64,000 bases of DNA from Camelus ferus (lineage: Eukaryota), in NCBI RefSeq assembly GCF_009834535.1, contig NC_045697.1:76882001-76946000 (forward strand), given 5' to 3'. Below are positions 1 to 11,880 of this stretch, in pieces (position 1 is the first letter of the stretch; every line of letters starts with the position of its first letter). The notes beneath the pieces were generated by a model. That model saw only the letters and a program-made list of their open reading frames with translations. It ran no database searches and was not told where the DNA came from. The translations under genes were made by a program, and so were the position numbers.

Positions 1-340
1 GCCCATGATCACTGGTTGAGAACGTTAGTAGTTGTTAGAAAAGGTACTTCAACATCATTGTTATTGTTGTCATCATTATCAATTTTCAGCACTTGGAATC
101 AGTAATCAATGTCCATTAAAGAGTTAACTGGAGATGGAACAGCTCTGGTAGGAAACAGGTGACAGTTGTCCCACTTTTAAAGCCCCAGAGGGCTGATAAG
201 ATGAAAATTGCAATTGATAGTAGATCTAAACATAGAAAGAATGAGTAACTGAACATAACCTTTGTTCAAAAAAACTACTTGTGCCATTTCTTTGGTAAGA
301 TGATAAAGTAAGCAATATTTGTGACTTAAAAAAATACTAC

Positions 341-744
341 TGTGGACAAAAAAATGTTGCCCACTATCAAGCCATCAGCCACTGCAGCCTGCCCTTGGAC
401 AGTCTGCCCTGAGAGGAATTCAGGATGGAGAAAAACAGGACACTGGACCTAGATAGTTAAGATGCATATCAAAGGAATAATTTCAATGAGTCCAGACTTT
501 TGCATTTTCCCACACATAGAAAAGCACTAAAATCATTAACTTGTGATTAGCAGTAATCTTTTGATGTTTGACTACATGTTTTTTTCAGCAAAAATTCCTG
601 TATATCCTGGCTCCTCCCTTACCTCTTTAGAACAGTCTCTCAGTGCTAACTGAGAGGCTGTATTTCAGGCTACAGTCTCAGTAAGGTCTCCAAATAAAAC
701 ATAACTCTCAATTGTTAGGTTATGCATTTTTCCCCCAGTGGATA
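341..744 (+). mobile_element. Solo LTR, ERV1-class
   Basis: Starts TGTGGACA, ends GTGGATA (decayed CA); 4-bp TSD CTAC at 337-340 and 745-748; AATAAA at ~692 near the 3' end gives orientation. Confidence 0.8.
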
Positions 745-1884
745 CTACCTATTAATGGTTCCTCTTTTGAAGGAAACAAAATGGTGGGAAGAAATTCACA
801 TAATAACTCCAATTCATTTTCCAACACAAAGTCTTCTTCTCATTCACCAAGCTCTGTAATGAGATCATTTATGTTTTGTCATGCTATAGTATTCTTTTTT
901 AGGAAGAAAATGTGCATGCAGAAAAGTTTCATTATTTTGCTAATTGAAATGAAGAGGTCAAAAAATCTAGAATTTTTTCATAAGTCTTGTGGTAAACAAG
1001 AAACGTAAAGCACACAAATGAAAAACATACTTTCTTGATAAATTCTGACATCCTTTCTAAAACAAGACAAATTGACTCATTAGAGGCCAATTTACTTCAT
1101 TTTGTATACACCTTCTTTTAAGTCGATTCTTTCAAGGAATCAGAACATATTTGCAAACAGTAAGATTCATATCTTAAATTTATCTCTGGAAACAAGAAGG
1201 TAGAACAAAACTCCCTAGCTTGATCTGCTCTGATTTGCGACAAGAATTCAAGAATATTTCATCGCCATATCACCATGTCCTGTACTGACAGTAAAAACAA
1301 ACACAATAATGACATTAGAATGTAATATAAACTCAAATCAGTGCACAGTTTAATAATGTTTCAAAGTACTGCAGCTCTTCTTGTTTCAAGGGCAAAAGAA
1401 ACTAAACTGTACCAGATATCTGCTACAGTCTAACTGTCTACTGCATTTATTTCAATTAAATGACTTGATAACTTTCATTTTATAAGCTATGGGATTCTAC
1501 CTCACAGGATACTTCTCTCTTCCTTTCTCTTTTACATTCTCACTTTCCCAGCTCATTTTTTCATCCATTAAAGAATTAGATGAGAGTGATAAGAGAAATG
1601 GAGAAAGAGAGAAAAGCTTCAAAGTACAGAATAAGAATCACTCATGATCAGGCAGAACATTTCATTGGTGCAGCATATTATTTCCTAGCCATAAAATATT
1701 CTAAAGTGCTTTGATACATTTGCACATTAGGACCATGCTTTCATTCCTGAGTATGTGCTGCTTAAATTAAACATTTATGAGGCATAATGAAACCTCAAGA
1801 TTGCTTAATCATATTTGGTCCATTATTCTTTCCAGTTCTCAAAGAGAGGATTAGTTATTGATGCGTAAGTAAGTTCTAGTTGAA

Positions 1885-2125
1885 GCAGTATGCTAAAGTA
1901 GGAAAATCATTGATTTTGGATACAGACATATGTGGCACAGAAACATAGCTCCATCATTCATTATTTGGGTGACCTCAAGTAAGTTACTCTCTAAGCCTTA
2001 AATTCCTCACTGGTAAAAGAAAAAAAAAAAAAATAGGACAGCAAAACCAGCCTCCGAGGGCTGGTATGAGGACTAAGTGAACTGAAAATCACTTGGTACT
2101 TAGTAATCAGTAAATGTTAGTTCCT
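1885..2125 (+). mobile_element. MIR SINE
   Basis: MIR core 'gggtgacctcaagtaagttactctctaagccttaaattcctcactggtaaaa' and 3' 'aaatgttagttcct'. Confidence 0.8.
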
Positions 2126-3143
2126 TTTATGTGAGACATTATGTATTTATATTATATACCTATATGCAAGATGGATCTAGTTAGTAAAGAAATATTATTA
2201 AACGTGATGGTGTTGTGGTGACCATAATCAGCTTTTGAGTAGGGAACAGTGTAGATTGATCCTTTCCACACCACAGACTTAAACACAACTCCCAGACAAC
2301 TGTGTAAACAAAAGGTAGGTATGGTAACACACATACTCTACGTTATTCAGGTTAAGTGATTTTAAACCTTGTATAAAATAAACTTAAATAGTATTGAAAT
2401 TGTCAAAAAACAATAAGAAATGACAAAATTATTCCCTGATATGCCTCCTCCAGTATCTAAAGATATGTTGTATTCTATTCTAACAACTGAGTCCCCACCT
2501 CTCCAATCTATCTCTGCCAATAAATCATGGTAGGGACTTAGCTTTGCAGTTGGCTCTATACCAAATGGTATTTGGCTTCTCTGTGCCCGAAACATACTGA
2601 ATATCTGTGGCTAAGAGCTTAGCCTTGGCCAGGGAACATCCAGCCTAGCCTGACAGTGAAGCTAGTTCTGGGAACTGGGCATGATGAAGCTGCTACTAGC
2701 TTGCTGTGCATCCCTGAGCAGATCAGTGACTTTACATTAGTGTAGGACTAAAACAAGGGCCCATGGTACGTACACTGCAGGAAACCTCAAAACGGTGATT
2801 CAGGGGACTGTCTGCCTTCTAATCACCAAAGCCTCTTTTGGAGAAGAGAGGATTAGAGAAGCTGTATCCAAGTTCCCTTCTGGCTTGTCTGCCCCAGACC
2901 AGTATTACTTTTAGAACTTTAAAATCATTGTAAGAAGCACACTGTGCTATAACTACATGTGAAACTGGGAACAGGGAGAGCAGAGGATTTCCAAATTGGG
3001 AGAGTATAAAATACAGATTCCAAGGCTAAGGGAGCTTGGAGGTGCACATTTTATGAAAACTCTTCAGATGATTTTTGATGTACAACCAAGTTTGGGAATA
3101 AGTGAAATAAAGCATGTTTTTATTTAGTTGTATCTTCCCCTCC

Positions 3144-3345
3144 TTTTTTTTTTTTTTTTTTTTTGCTTTGTTCGGAATTGTGATGAAATACACATAATAT
3201 CTTAACCATTTTTAAGTATATAGCTCAGTGGCATTAAGTCCATTCACATTTTTGTGCAATCATTACCACCATCCATCTCCAGAACTCTTTTCATCTAGCA
3301 AAACTGAAACTCTATATGCATTAAACAGTAACTCCCTTTTCCCCC
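3144..3345 (-). mobile_element. 5'-truncated L1 3' end (L1MB-like)
   Basis: Poly-T followed by 'accaccatccatctccagaactcttttcatc...aaactgaaactctata'; 12-bp TSD TATTTAGTTGTA at 3121-3132 and 3346-3357. Confidence 0.85.
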
Positions 3346-4059
3346 TATTTAGTTGTACTATTTTATTTTGTCAAATATTTTATATAATTTTTGTGTAATT
3401 TTTCACTCAAATCCCAATTGCTGTGCTCAAATCTAACATATATTATATAATAACTTCTTATTTTCTTCAAAACTAAAAAATAAAATGTTCTAGAGAAATG
3501 ACACAAAAATGTTTCAGAGAGGACAATTTATGATTAACATAGGTGAAATATGAGTTAAATGGTGATCATATGATGTGACGACACTGACACCTGGGCTAAG
3601 CTGGGTTTTGATTTGTGAAATTTGTCCCATTCCCTTGACAGATGTCAAATGTTATCTTTTCACCTGTACCATGTGGCATTTCTGCTAATAAACCACACCA
3701 TATTTTTCCATTCCTGCTGGACTGTCATACTAAAATGACAAGTTATGGGAGATTGTACAGAGTTGGCTAAGTTTATTAAGCCCTTCAGGGAAAGTCTCTG
3801 AATTGTCCCTATCTCTTACAAACATAACGTTATTTAAGGATTAAAAAACAAACAAACATGGATGAGATGAGAGAACAGAAAATACCTTGGCTTCACAAAG
3901 CAATTAATTTTTTATTAAAGCCATCTTTCCACAGACATACACAATAATCAGTAAAATCTCTCTAGACCACAGAGACTAAGATAGGCCATAATGATGAAGA
4001 AAATTAAAGTTAAGAACAGAAGTATCTAAATCTTAATTTTATTTCCACCTAGTATTTAG

Positions 4060-4580
4060 TTATATAATATTATGTAGCTCTGTACACTGTAATAGGCACT
4101 AAAATTTCACATAAAAGACATATAACGTTCCTGCTTTCAAAATACTTAAAATTTAGTTGAGAAAACAGAGCATACACTAATAATAATAATAATAATAGTC
4201 TATACACAGATGTCAAAATAAATGGCACAGAAAAAATATGTAAGAATTCATGCCAGGAAGATACTAGGATAGGATAAAGTGATCGTTCAAGTATGATGTC
4301 CAGGAAGCAAGAATTGTGCTGAATCCAGTAGGATGAATGTTATTTTTAAAGCTGAAAGGATGAAGGAGAGAAGCAAATAAGAAAGTAAGCTTGAGCAAAA
4401 TCCTGGATATGAGAAATAAAATGTTGTGTTCAAGCAAACAAGAAGGAGAATCTGGTTTTCATTGGTGGTCTTAATTTAGAGGAACCATGGGGGAAAGCAT
4501 TGGTGATTTCAACGGGGTTAATATGTGGACAAAGGAGAAAAACCTCAAAAAATAGTTGAAATATTTATACTTTATCCTGT
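4060..4580 (-). mobile_element. L2 LINE fragment
   Basis: Degenerate antisense L2 3' region ('cactgtaataggcactaaaa...cctgctttcaaaatacttaaaatttag') followed by purine-rich L2-like sequence. Confidence 0.6.
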
Positions 4581-4860
4581 ATGCTAGTGGTCATCAAATA
4601 TTTTTTAACATGCACCCCTTTCAAGTTGGAACCTGCATTCATAATATATTTATATTTACTTATAAATTGTATATTAGTGAGCCATTAGTTTATAATTCAT
4701 ATACAAAAATAGACTTAAAAATAATATAAAAAGCACTAAAAATAATTTAAAGTATCTTGCTAATCATGATAGTTTCATACCATCATGACTTAATATCTCA
4801 AGGCACAAAAGCTCTGGGGATGAGTTGCAGCATAATGGTAGCAAATGAAAGTTCATATTT

Positions 4861-4893
4861 CACTTGATCTTAGCCAAAAGGCTGAAAAGTGAT
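4861..4893 (-). pseudogene. U2 snRNA pseudogene (3'-truncated, nt 1-33)
   Basis: Reverse complement ATCACTTTTCAGCCTTTTGGCTAAGATCAAGTG matches the U2 5' end ATCGCTTCTCGGCCTTTTGGCTAAGATCAAGTG at 30/33; degenerate 14-bp TSD gaaagttcatattt (4847-4860) / ggaagtccctattt (4894-4907). Confidence 0.93.
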
Positions 4894-5019
4894 GGAAGTC
4901 CCTATTTGTAACAATCTTTTGGCTTATTTTAGATTATTTGGCAATAAAATCTGATTAGACAATCACATTTAACCTTATATAACAAAGAGGTCTTAAGAGG
5001 AGATAGGTGGCTGTGCTGT

Positions 5020-5378
5020 TTTTAAAGACTTAGTATGAAAAAAAGAATGAGAACATCTCAGTAATGTTTTTTGAGGGGCAAGGGGGAGTGGTAATTAGGT
5101 TCATTTATTTATTTGTTTATTCTTAATGGAGGTACTGGGGATTGAACTCAGGACCTTGTGCATACTAAGCATGTGGTCTACCATGGAGCTATACCACTCC
5201 CCTTCTCAGTAATGTTTTTGATGGTTGAAAAGAATATTTTGGATACACTAGGTTAAATAAAATATGCTATTAAAATTAATTCCATCTGTTTCTTTTTACC
5301 TTTTTAAGTGTAGCTATCAGGAAATTTTAAGTTGCACAGGTGGTTAGCATTGTATTTTCAATGGACAGTGCTGCTCTA
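5020..5378. mobile_element. hAT-Charlie non-autonomous element (MER33/MER3-like), interrupted by a SINE
   Basis: 'ttaaataaaatatgctattaaaattaattccatctgtttctttttacc...tggacagtgctgctcta' resembles MER33. Confidence 0.7.
5072..5203 (-). mobile_element. Camelid tRNA-derived SINE (Vic-1-type)
   Basis: Reverse complement GGGGAGTGGTATAGCTCCATGGTAGACCACATGCTTAGTATGCACAAGGTCCTGAGTTCAATCCCCAGTACCTCC has Pol III A/B boxes and an (AAAT)n tail; 16-bp TSD TCTCAGTAATGTTTTT at 5056-5071 and 5204-5219. Confidence 0.9.
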
Positions 5379-5466
5379 CTGCCTTACTGATACTAGGTGC
5401 CTGAATTGTGAAAGATGACTGAAAGCAAGATTATTCCGAATAAAATGTTAAATATACTGCTGTATT

Positions 5467-5546
5467 TTTTTACAATTTTATTGAGTTATAGTCATTTCAC
5501 AATGTTGTGTCAAATTCCAGCGTAGAGCACAATTTTTCAGTTATAT
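5467..5546 (-). mobile_element. Very short young L1 3'-terminal fragment
   Basis: 'ttttattgagttatagtcatttcacaatgttgtgtcaaattccagcgtagagcac'; perfect 15-bp TSD ATATACTGCTGTATT at 5452-5466 and 5547-5561. Confidence 0.8.
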
Positions 5547-7809
5547 ATATACTGCTGTATTCACTGTCTGAATTAATCAGATTATCTTTGGTAGGCATAT
5601 ATTTTGTTTTTTAATACCACATATTTTACGAGTATTTAATGGGAATATACACAGAAAAAAAGATGAGGGGAGTCTATAATAAGAACAGTACAGGGAGATG
5701 AAAGATAGAGCCAATGAGGGCAGTAAAATCCTTCTTACACATCATCATCCAGATATAATCTGTATTTGGGAGATGAAGAGTGGGGTGCACATGGAAAGGC
5801 AAGACAGCACATACCAAGGCAAATCCATCACAGAAGCCAGCTTTCCTCACCTGCACCTTCACCAGGAGCTCAGCCAGAGTGTGTGAATAGTGGCCACGCA
5901 AAGCCAGACACATTGCAGTGCCAGATGGGGAGCACATGACTCTGCCGGACAATGTCAGCACATGTGCCAGTGACATCATTTAATGGAAGACAAAGAGACA
6001 GAGTGATGCCTCCAGCTCTCCCTTAGTACCAAGCCACCATGGGATCAGATAGGAAGGAGCACTATCTTTTGAAAGAGATAAAGATCACTAATTAAGTTCA
6101 TCAGAACTAGATTTGGAGACCAATAGTGCTGAAAAGTGTCAGTGAGTTTTTAAGATTAAAAAAACCAGATCTAAAAAAAGAAAAAAGAAGTTGGGTAAAG
6201 AGATGGATAGTTCACAAATACATTGATAAACAGAGTCAGATAGAGAAACAACAGTTGGTGCTCATTCGAGCAGCAGTATGTCAGGAAGGAAAAGTCATTA
6301 GATTTTAAATAGTCTACAGTCTCTCTCTCTCTCTAGTTTTAGTTTCTTATTGCAATTTTGCTCCCAGATTCTGAAGAAAAATTTTCAAAGAGGCTACTTC
6401 CAACACTCTTGGAAGAACTAACTTCTTGTAACCTAATGCTGTTGGATCGGCTATGACTGGTAGGTATGAAATAAGGGTGTTATCTCAAATTTGCTATTAC
6501 CCACTTTCATTCTTGACAATATGTAAAAGAATTTTAATTTAAATAAAATCTCAAAAAGTTTGGTAATTTGACTCAATAGCCATATTTTAAATAAATCGTA
6601 TCACATTAATTTAATCCTAGAATCTGTTTTTTTCAAGTAAAAGAAGAAATTTTGATTAGCTATTAGGAAAACCTATGGAGCCAAAATAAAGATTCTGATA
6701 TGTTGGAGTGCATTTGGGGGGGTTATTCATTATCCTCTTAAAATAAGGAATTAATGATATACGGGTTTTGTTTTTTTTTCATTTTTAGGCAATGTGAGAG
6801 TGGAAACGAAAACTTTAAAATCCTCTTCTAATAACATAATTCTTTAAACCTTCCAGGATCTGCCATTACTTTGTTGAAATATGCTCTGTTTTGATTTTTC
6901 CACTTGAAAATACTGAATAGTAGTATTTAGAGCTGTGAGGATTAATTCATGGTGAAATATCATGCCACAAAAATAAGAGTATTAGTGTTACATGTTCATT
7001 TACATTTTTCCTAATGAAATACTTGATTTGTAGACCTGACTTTTTCCTCCTGAAAATGACTATATTCTCCATTGTTTAGAAAGACAAATTTTAATAAAGA
7101 GCCATTTATAATATTAATTAGAACAGCATCTACCATTAGGCTAGAGCCATGGACCTATCAACATGTCTGTTCTACAATCTTACTTTCAAAGACATAATTC
7201 CTCTCTCTCTTGATATGATATTTAGAATAAAATATCCATAAGTAAACTAATTTTACAACCTTAATTTGTGTGAATGTTGGAGAAATAATACATCTTGTAA
7301 TTATATGATATTAAAGAAAGGTTTATTGCTGTGACCCGAGTAATGGAAGTTAAAATTTAACTGAAACACTAGATCCTATTTTAATATTACTTTTTACTAT
7401 CATCCAATACTAATTAGTATTTGCTATTATGACTTACAGGGTTTTTTTCATAACTCCACCTAATAAATGCTTGCCCATGAGGAAATGTTGAAGGAAAAAA
7501 TATCCAAAGTACAAATTAAGAAAATAATTGGCAAAGATTCAATTAGTCACCAAGAAAAAGCCTAACTTGTTTAATGTTTATCAGGAAAGTCTCTTCTTAT
7601 CGAAATGTTTATATAACTATCAATGTTTATTAAAATATTAACCTGTATTAGCAAAATAATGTAAAATCTACATAGACAGGAATGTTTTTACCTTTTTAAA
7701 AAATTACTGCTATAGAAATCTGTGTGCAGAGTGATGGTTGGCACACAGTAGGTATGCAATACATTTTTTAAGTGAAAAAATGGGTAAACTGCTTAAATCT
7801 ATTAATCAC

Positions 7810-9375
7810 GTTTTCCTTCAACAAACATTTATGAACATGTAGAGATACAATGTAGAACCTACAGCTAAAGATGAACAAAGCATGGTCTTTAACCTCAAGA
7901 AACTCAGCCAATGGAAAGAAAATAAAAATATAGTAACCTTGAACTATGGCATGTGCGATGATTTCAATTTTCACAGAATTCTATGTGCACACACTGAACA
8001 CATAGAACACGTTGATCTTGGGAAGACTGTGGGGAGAGAGATGAGAGTCAGGAAATGTTTTTTGAAAGATATGAGCATTAAATGATGAGTAACTGTCAGC
8101 CAAATAAAGGAAAGAATACTTCAGATAAAGGGAAGCATGAAGATGAGAAAAAGAGATGCTCAGAGAGGACAAGTTCCACAAGGCTATGGATTAAATGAGA
8201 GGCAGAGAACTGGAAAGGAAGACAGAAGCAGGACTGTAGCACTTGTTTTTATTTTCTTATGGGTAATGGCGAGCCTTTAAAAGTCTTAAGCGGAGATGAT
8301 AGGTTTTTATATTAGTTAATTACCGTGGCAACTATGTAAAAGATAGGTTAGACTGAAGGTGAAATGGTATTCCAGTCATCAAGTAGAGACTAAGGGCTTG
8401 AACTAAAACAGAAGCTTCTGCTAGCAAGAGAGCATCTAATTCCCACAATGCTTAGGACAGCAATTCTCAATCTCTGGAGACTATTAGAACCATGCAGAGG
8501 CCTGTTTCAAACTACCTGTGGCCCCTCCCCTCCCTCTAAGGAATTCCCCCAAGGAGTGCACTCCCATTTCAAATGAGAATCACTGATACTGTGACCTATT
8601 ATTAGTGACATCTATAAGCATGTCATAACTTTTAGGTGTTTGGGTGAGAAAAAGGTTGAGAACCACATATTTAGAAGGTAAAAATCACCTGGACTTGGTA
8701 ATTAAATAATTTCATGAAAGAGTGGACAATGGAAGCTAGAATCATTGTGTGAACTGGGTGGCTGTGATAGAGCCATCAACTAAGACAAGCAAGATGGTGC
8801 AGAGAAGCAAGTTTAGAGTTTGAGGTGCTTGCACAACATTTGGGTGGAAAGGTCAGTAGAGGTTGGAAATAAAAGTATGAGAAGAATCTCAGCTGGAGAC
8901 TTGAAGTCGTCAGGATATAGACAGCAGATACGATGCAAGTAAAGGAATCTTCTGTAGACCAAGAAGAAATGGAGAGTCAAAATAGAACTTGTAGAGTCCT
9001 CCTTAAAGAGTAGACAAAGAGGAGCTCAGCAAGACAGCTGAGAAGAAATTGCAATTAAATAAATAAAACAGAAGAAGAAAAAGGGAGAAAAGAAGTAGAA
9101 CCACCACCACCACCAAGAGAGTGCTCCTGAAACACCCAAGGAAGGAGAGTTTCAAAAAAGAGGTGGTGATCAAGAGTGAAACGCAGCAGGAAATTTCAAC
9201 TAGATGAGCATCCAAAGCCCCCTGCATAGGGCCGTAAGCTAGTGTTGTGAGCTTTGCCAGAAGAAATTTCTCTGTGAAGACATGGAGGTAGGAGATGGGT
9301 TATATGGGACTGAGGAATGAGTAGGAATTGAAGAAATGACTAAGGTACAGAGAGACTACTCTTTGAAGAAGTTAA
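7810..9375 (-). mobile_element. L2 LINE (long degenerate copy, interrupted at ~8455-8670)
   Basis: 'ttcaacaaacatttatgaacatgt...ctcaagaaactcagcc' start; later 'aaacacccaaggaaggagagtttcaaaaaagagg', 'gggactgaggaatgagtaggaa', 'gactactctttgaagaagtt'. Confidence 0.8.
8457..8670. mobile_element. hAT-type DNA transposon remnant nested in L2
   Basis: Termini 'cagcaattctcaatct' and 'aggttgagaaccac' are hAT-Charlie-like inverted repeats. Confidence 0.55.
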
Positions 9376-10381
9376 AATCCATTAATTCTTTCTTGCTGCA
9401 CTGCTTAGTATTGTGTTCACTCACTAAAAAGAATCTGTGCTCATTTTTTTAATTAAAAAAGAAATGCATAATCCCATAAATTTGTCCCAATTGTGAAGCC
9501 AGGAAATACAAACCATTACATCCACATTTTCAATGCAAAAATTTTAAAACCACTTAAGACTCTACCCAGACTGGAAGCAAATATACCATGCTCAAACTAA
9601 ATTCTTTTTGATTCTTGGCATAGCTGGCTATCAACTTTGAAAACAAGTGAGGACAGTTTAAGTCAAATCAAGGACTGGTTTCTGCCAAACAATTGAAGCT
9701 TTTTTTACTTAATCTTTTCCTCTGAATTCCAATTTAAATCTGCATCACAGGTCTACATATTAGGTCATAAAAATGAGAGAAGAAAATAGACTAAAGTTAT
9801 ATAAAATATAAACTGGATTTTTTTAGCAACAAACTTGAGATATAGCTTAATAAAATGTATTCAGAGGAAGTTACACTTAGTGGCTTCCTGATAGATCCAT
9901 ATATATGGCACCATAAACTTGCTGATCACGTTGACCATCTCTTATGCATCTTGGTATTCAATTGGTTATTCATTCAGCAAATATTAGTAAGTATCTAGTA
10001 TTGTGCCAGGCAGAAGCCCTATTGTTAAGGATATAGCTTATAGTTGGCAGAAATGGCACACTATTAAAAATTCAATAATCTTAAAGTCTGACACATGTTA
10101 AAATTGAAGATGGAGCAAGAGTTCTTACTTTAATTTGGGGAATTGGGGAATTGGGAAACAGTAGTCAGGAAATGCTTCCTGAGGAAGTGTACTTAAGCTG
10201 GAATCTACAGACACATGCGAGTTAGCCAAGCAAAGAGGAGACAGTCTAGAGGCAAGAGAGAGCATGGAGCATTTCAGAAATGAAGGAAGTTTGATTTGGC
10301 TGAAGTCTAGTGTGAATGGAAACCTGGCACGGCACACAACTGCAGAGCCAGGTAGTTAGGGTCCAGATGAGGTAAGCCACG

Positions 10382-11292
10382 TGTGGTAGGCAGCCTCTGA
10401 CAAGGCCACAAAGTTCCTCAGCTGTGTAGCTTTCAGCTCTTGAATATGAACTGAATTACTGCTTCACTTTTAATGAATAGTGTACAGGCATAGCCCAAAG
10501 ATACTGCAGGTTCGGTTCCAGACAGCCGTAATAAAGCAAATGTGCAATAAAGTAAGTCACACAAATTTTTTGGTTTCTCAGTGCATATAAAAGTTATATT
10601 TACACGATACTATAGGGCATTAAGTGTGCAATAGCATTATGTCTAAAAAAACAATTGTACATACCTTAATTTAAAAATTCTTCATCGCTAAAAAAATGCT
10701 AACCATCATCTGAGCCTTCAGTGAGTCTTAATCTTTTTGCTGGTAGAGGGTTTGAAATATTGCAAGAATTACCAAAATGTGAAAAAGAGACACAAAGTAA
10801 GTAAATGTTGTTGGAAAAATGCACCAGTAGACTTGCTTGATGCAGGGTTGCCATGAACCTTCAATTTGTAAAAACCAAAGTATCTCGAAGCTCAATAGAA
10901 TGAGATATGGCTATACAGCAAAAGCAATGGGCTGTTGCTTCCAAGACTAGGTTGTGGCTTCTGTTTTAGGTGCTGCCTCTCCCTCTGGGTCACTCAACCA
11001 TCTCTCACTCTGAAGGAAAACCATGTGCCATGTCATGAAGCAGTCCTTTGGAGAGGCCCTCATGTCCTCTGAGGCTCACATGAGTGAGCTTGGAAGTAAA
11101 TTCTCCAAGTTGTGTCTTGAAACGACTGCAGCCCTGGCTGGCACCTTGATTGTGACTCGTGAGAGACCATGAATCAGTATCACCCACACCTGGACACCTG
11201 GCCCAGAGAAACTGTGAGATAATAAATGTGTGTTCCTTCTAGCCAGTAAGCTTTGGGGTAATTTGCTAACACAGTAATAGATAGCTACTATA
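10382..11292 (+). mobile_element. MaLR solo LTR (MLT1F-like)
   Basis: Starts TGTGGTAGGCAGCCTCT; 3' 'gaaactgtgagataataaatgtgtgtt...ggggtaatttgctaacacagtaatagatagctactata'; 5-bp TSD CCACG/CCATG. Confidence 0.85.
10485..10913 (-). mobile_element. Internally deleted Tigger1 derivative (Tigger1a-type, TcMar-Tigger)
   Basis: TA|CAGGCATA...gcaggttcggttccagac... at the left end and ...gagatatggcta|TA at the right; both Tigger1 ends joined with the transposase deleted. Confidence 0.88.
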
Positions 11293-11589
11293 CCATGTTA
11301 AAAAATTGGGTTGAGCATTAATCTAATGGAATGAGAATTTGTTAAAGAATTTTAAGCAGGAAAGAACATTAAACATGTCCCTTTTTGCAATTTTAGACAT
11401 TCGGTAAAATTGTCACAATAAGCCTGAAAGAATAACCTAGAACCATCCATGAAAATAAGCATTTAAACAAATAACAGTTTCTGCCACAAAATTCTAGTTC
11501 TAAAGTTCAATATCCTGTATAAAACACTCACCTCACTACTCAAATTAATCAGTCAACAATCAACCTATTTCTTAAAAACTGGAGAATCT

Positions 11590-11880
11590 CCCCCTTCCTC
11601 TTCAGATCCACTGGCTCACTGGCTTAATTTAGGCCTCTGTCATCTGCTACCTAGACCACTGGCAATATCCTTCTAACCATTTCCCCATCTAGAATCTGAT
11701 GCCCTTCCAATCCATTTCCAAACTACCAGCAAAAAAGGGTAGCCTAAAGGGGTTTTAAAAGGGAGGGTTAATCACAGGCTAATCACATTATACTTCATCA
11801 GATTATAGGAAATAATTTGATCTGCTCTGGAAGTCATACATATGCTTCAGTGACATGGCCCCTGCCTCTTCTGCATCAAC
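11590..11880 (+). mobile_element. L2 fragment
   Basis: 'ggcctctgtcatctgctacctagaccactggcaatatccttctaacc...cccttccaatccatttcca'. Confidence 0.6.

Larger units (their letters stand above)
9965..11400 (-). mobile_element. L2 LINE split by MLT1F/Tigger1 insertion
   Basis: 'ttcattcagcaaatattagtaagtatctagtattgtgccaggca'; L2-like sequence resumes at 11293 ('ccatgttaaaaaattgggttg...aattttaagcagg'). Confidence 0.75.

Noticed and set aside
5110..5203. tRNA-like sequence (tRNA-Ala-like head)
   Set aside because: Has a SINE tail and TSDs and a broken cloverleaf; a SINE, not a tRNA gene.
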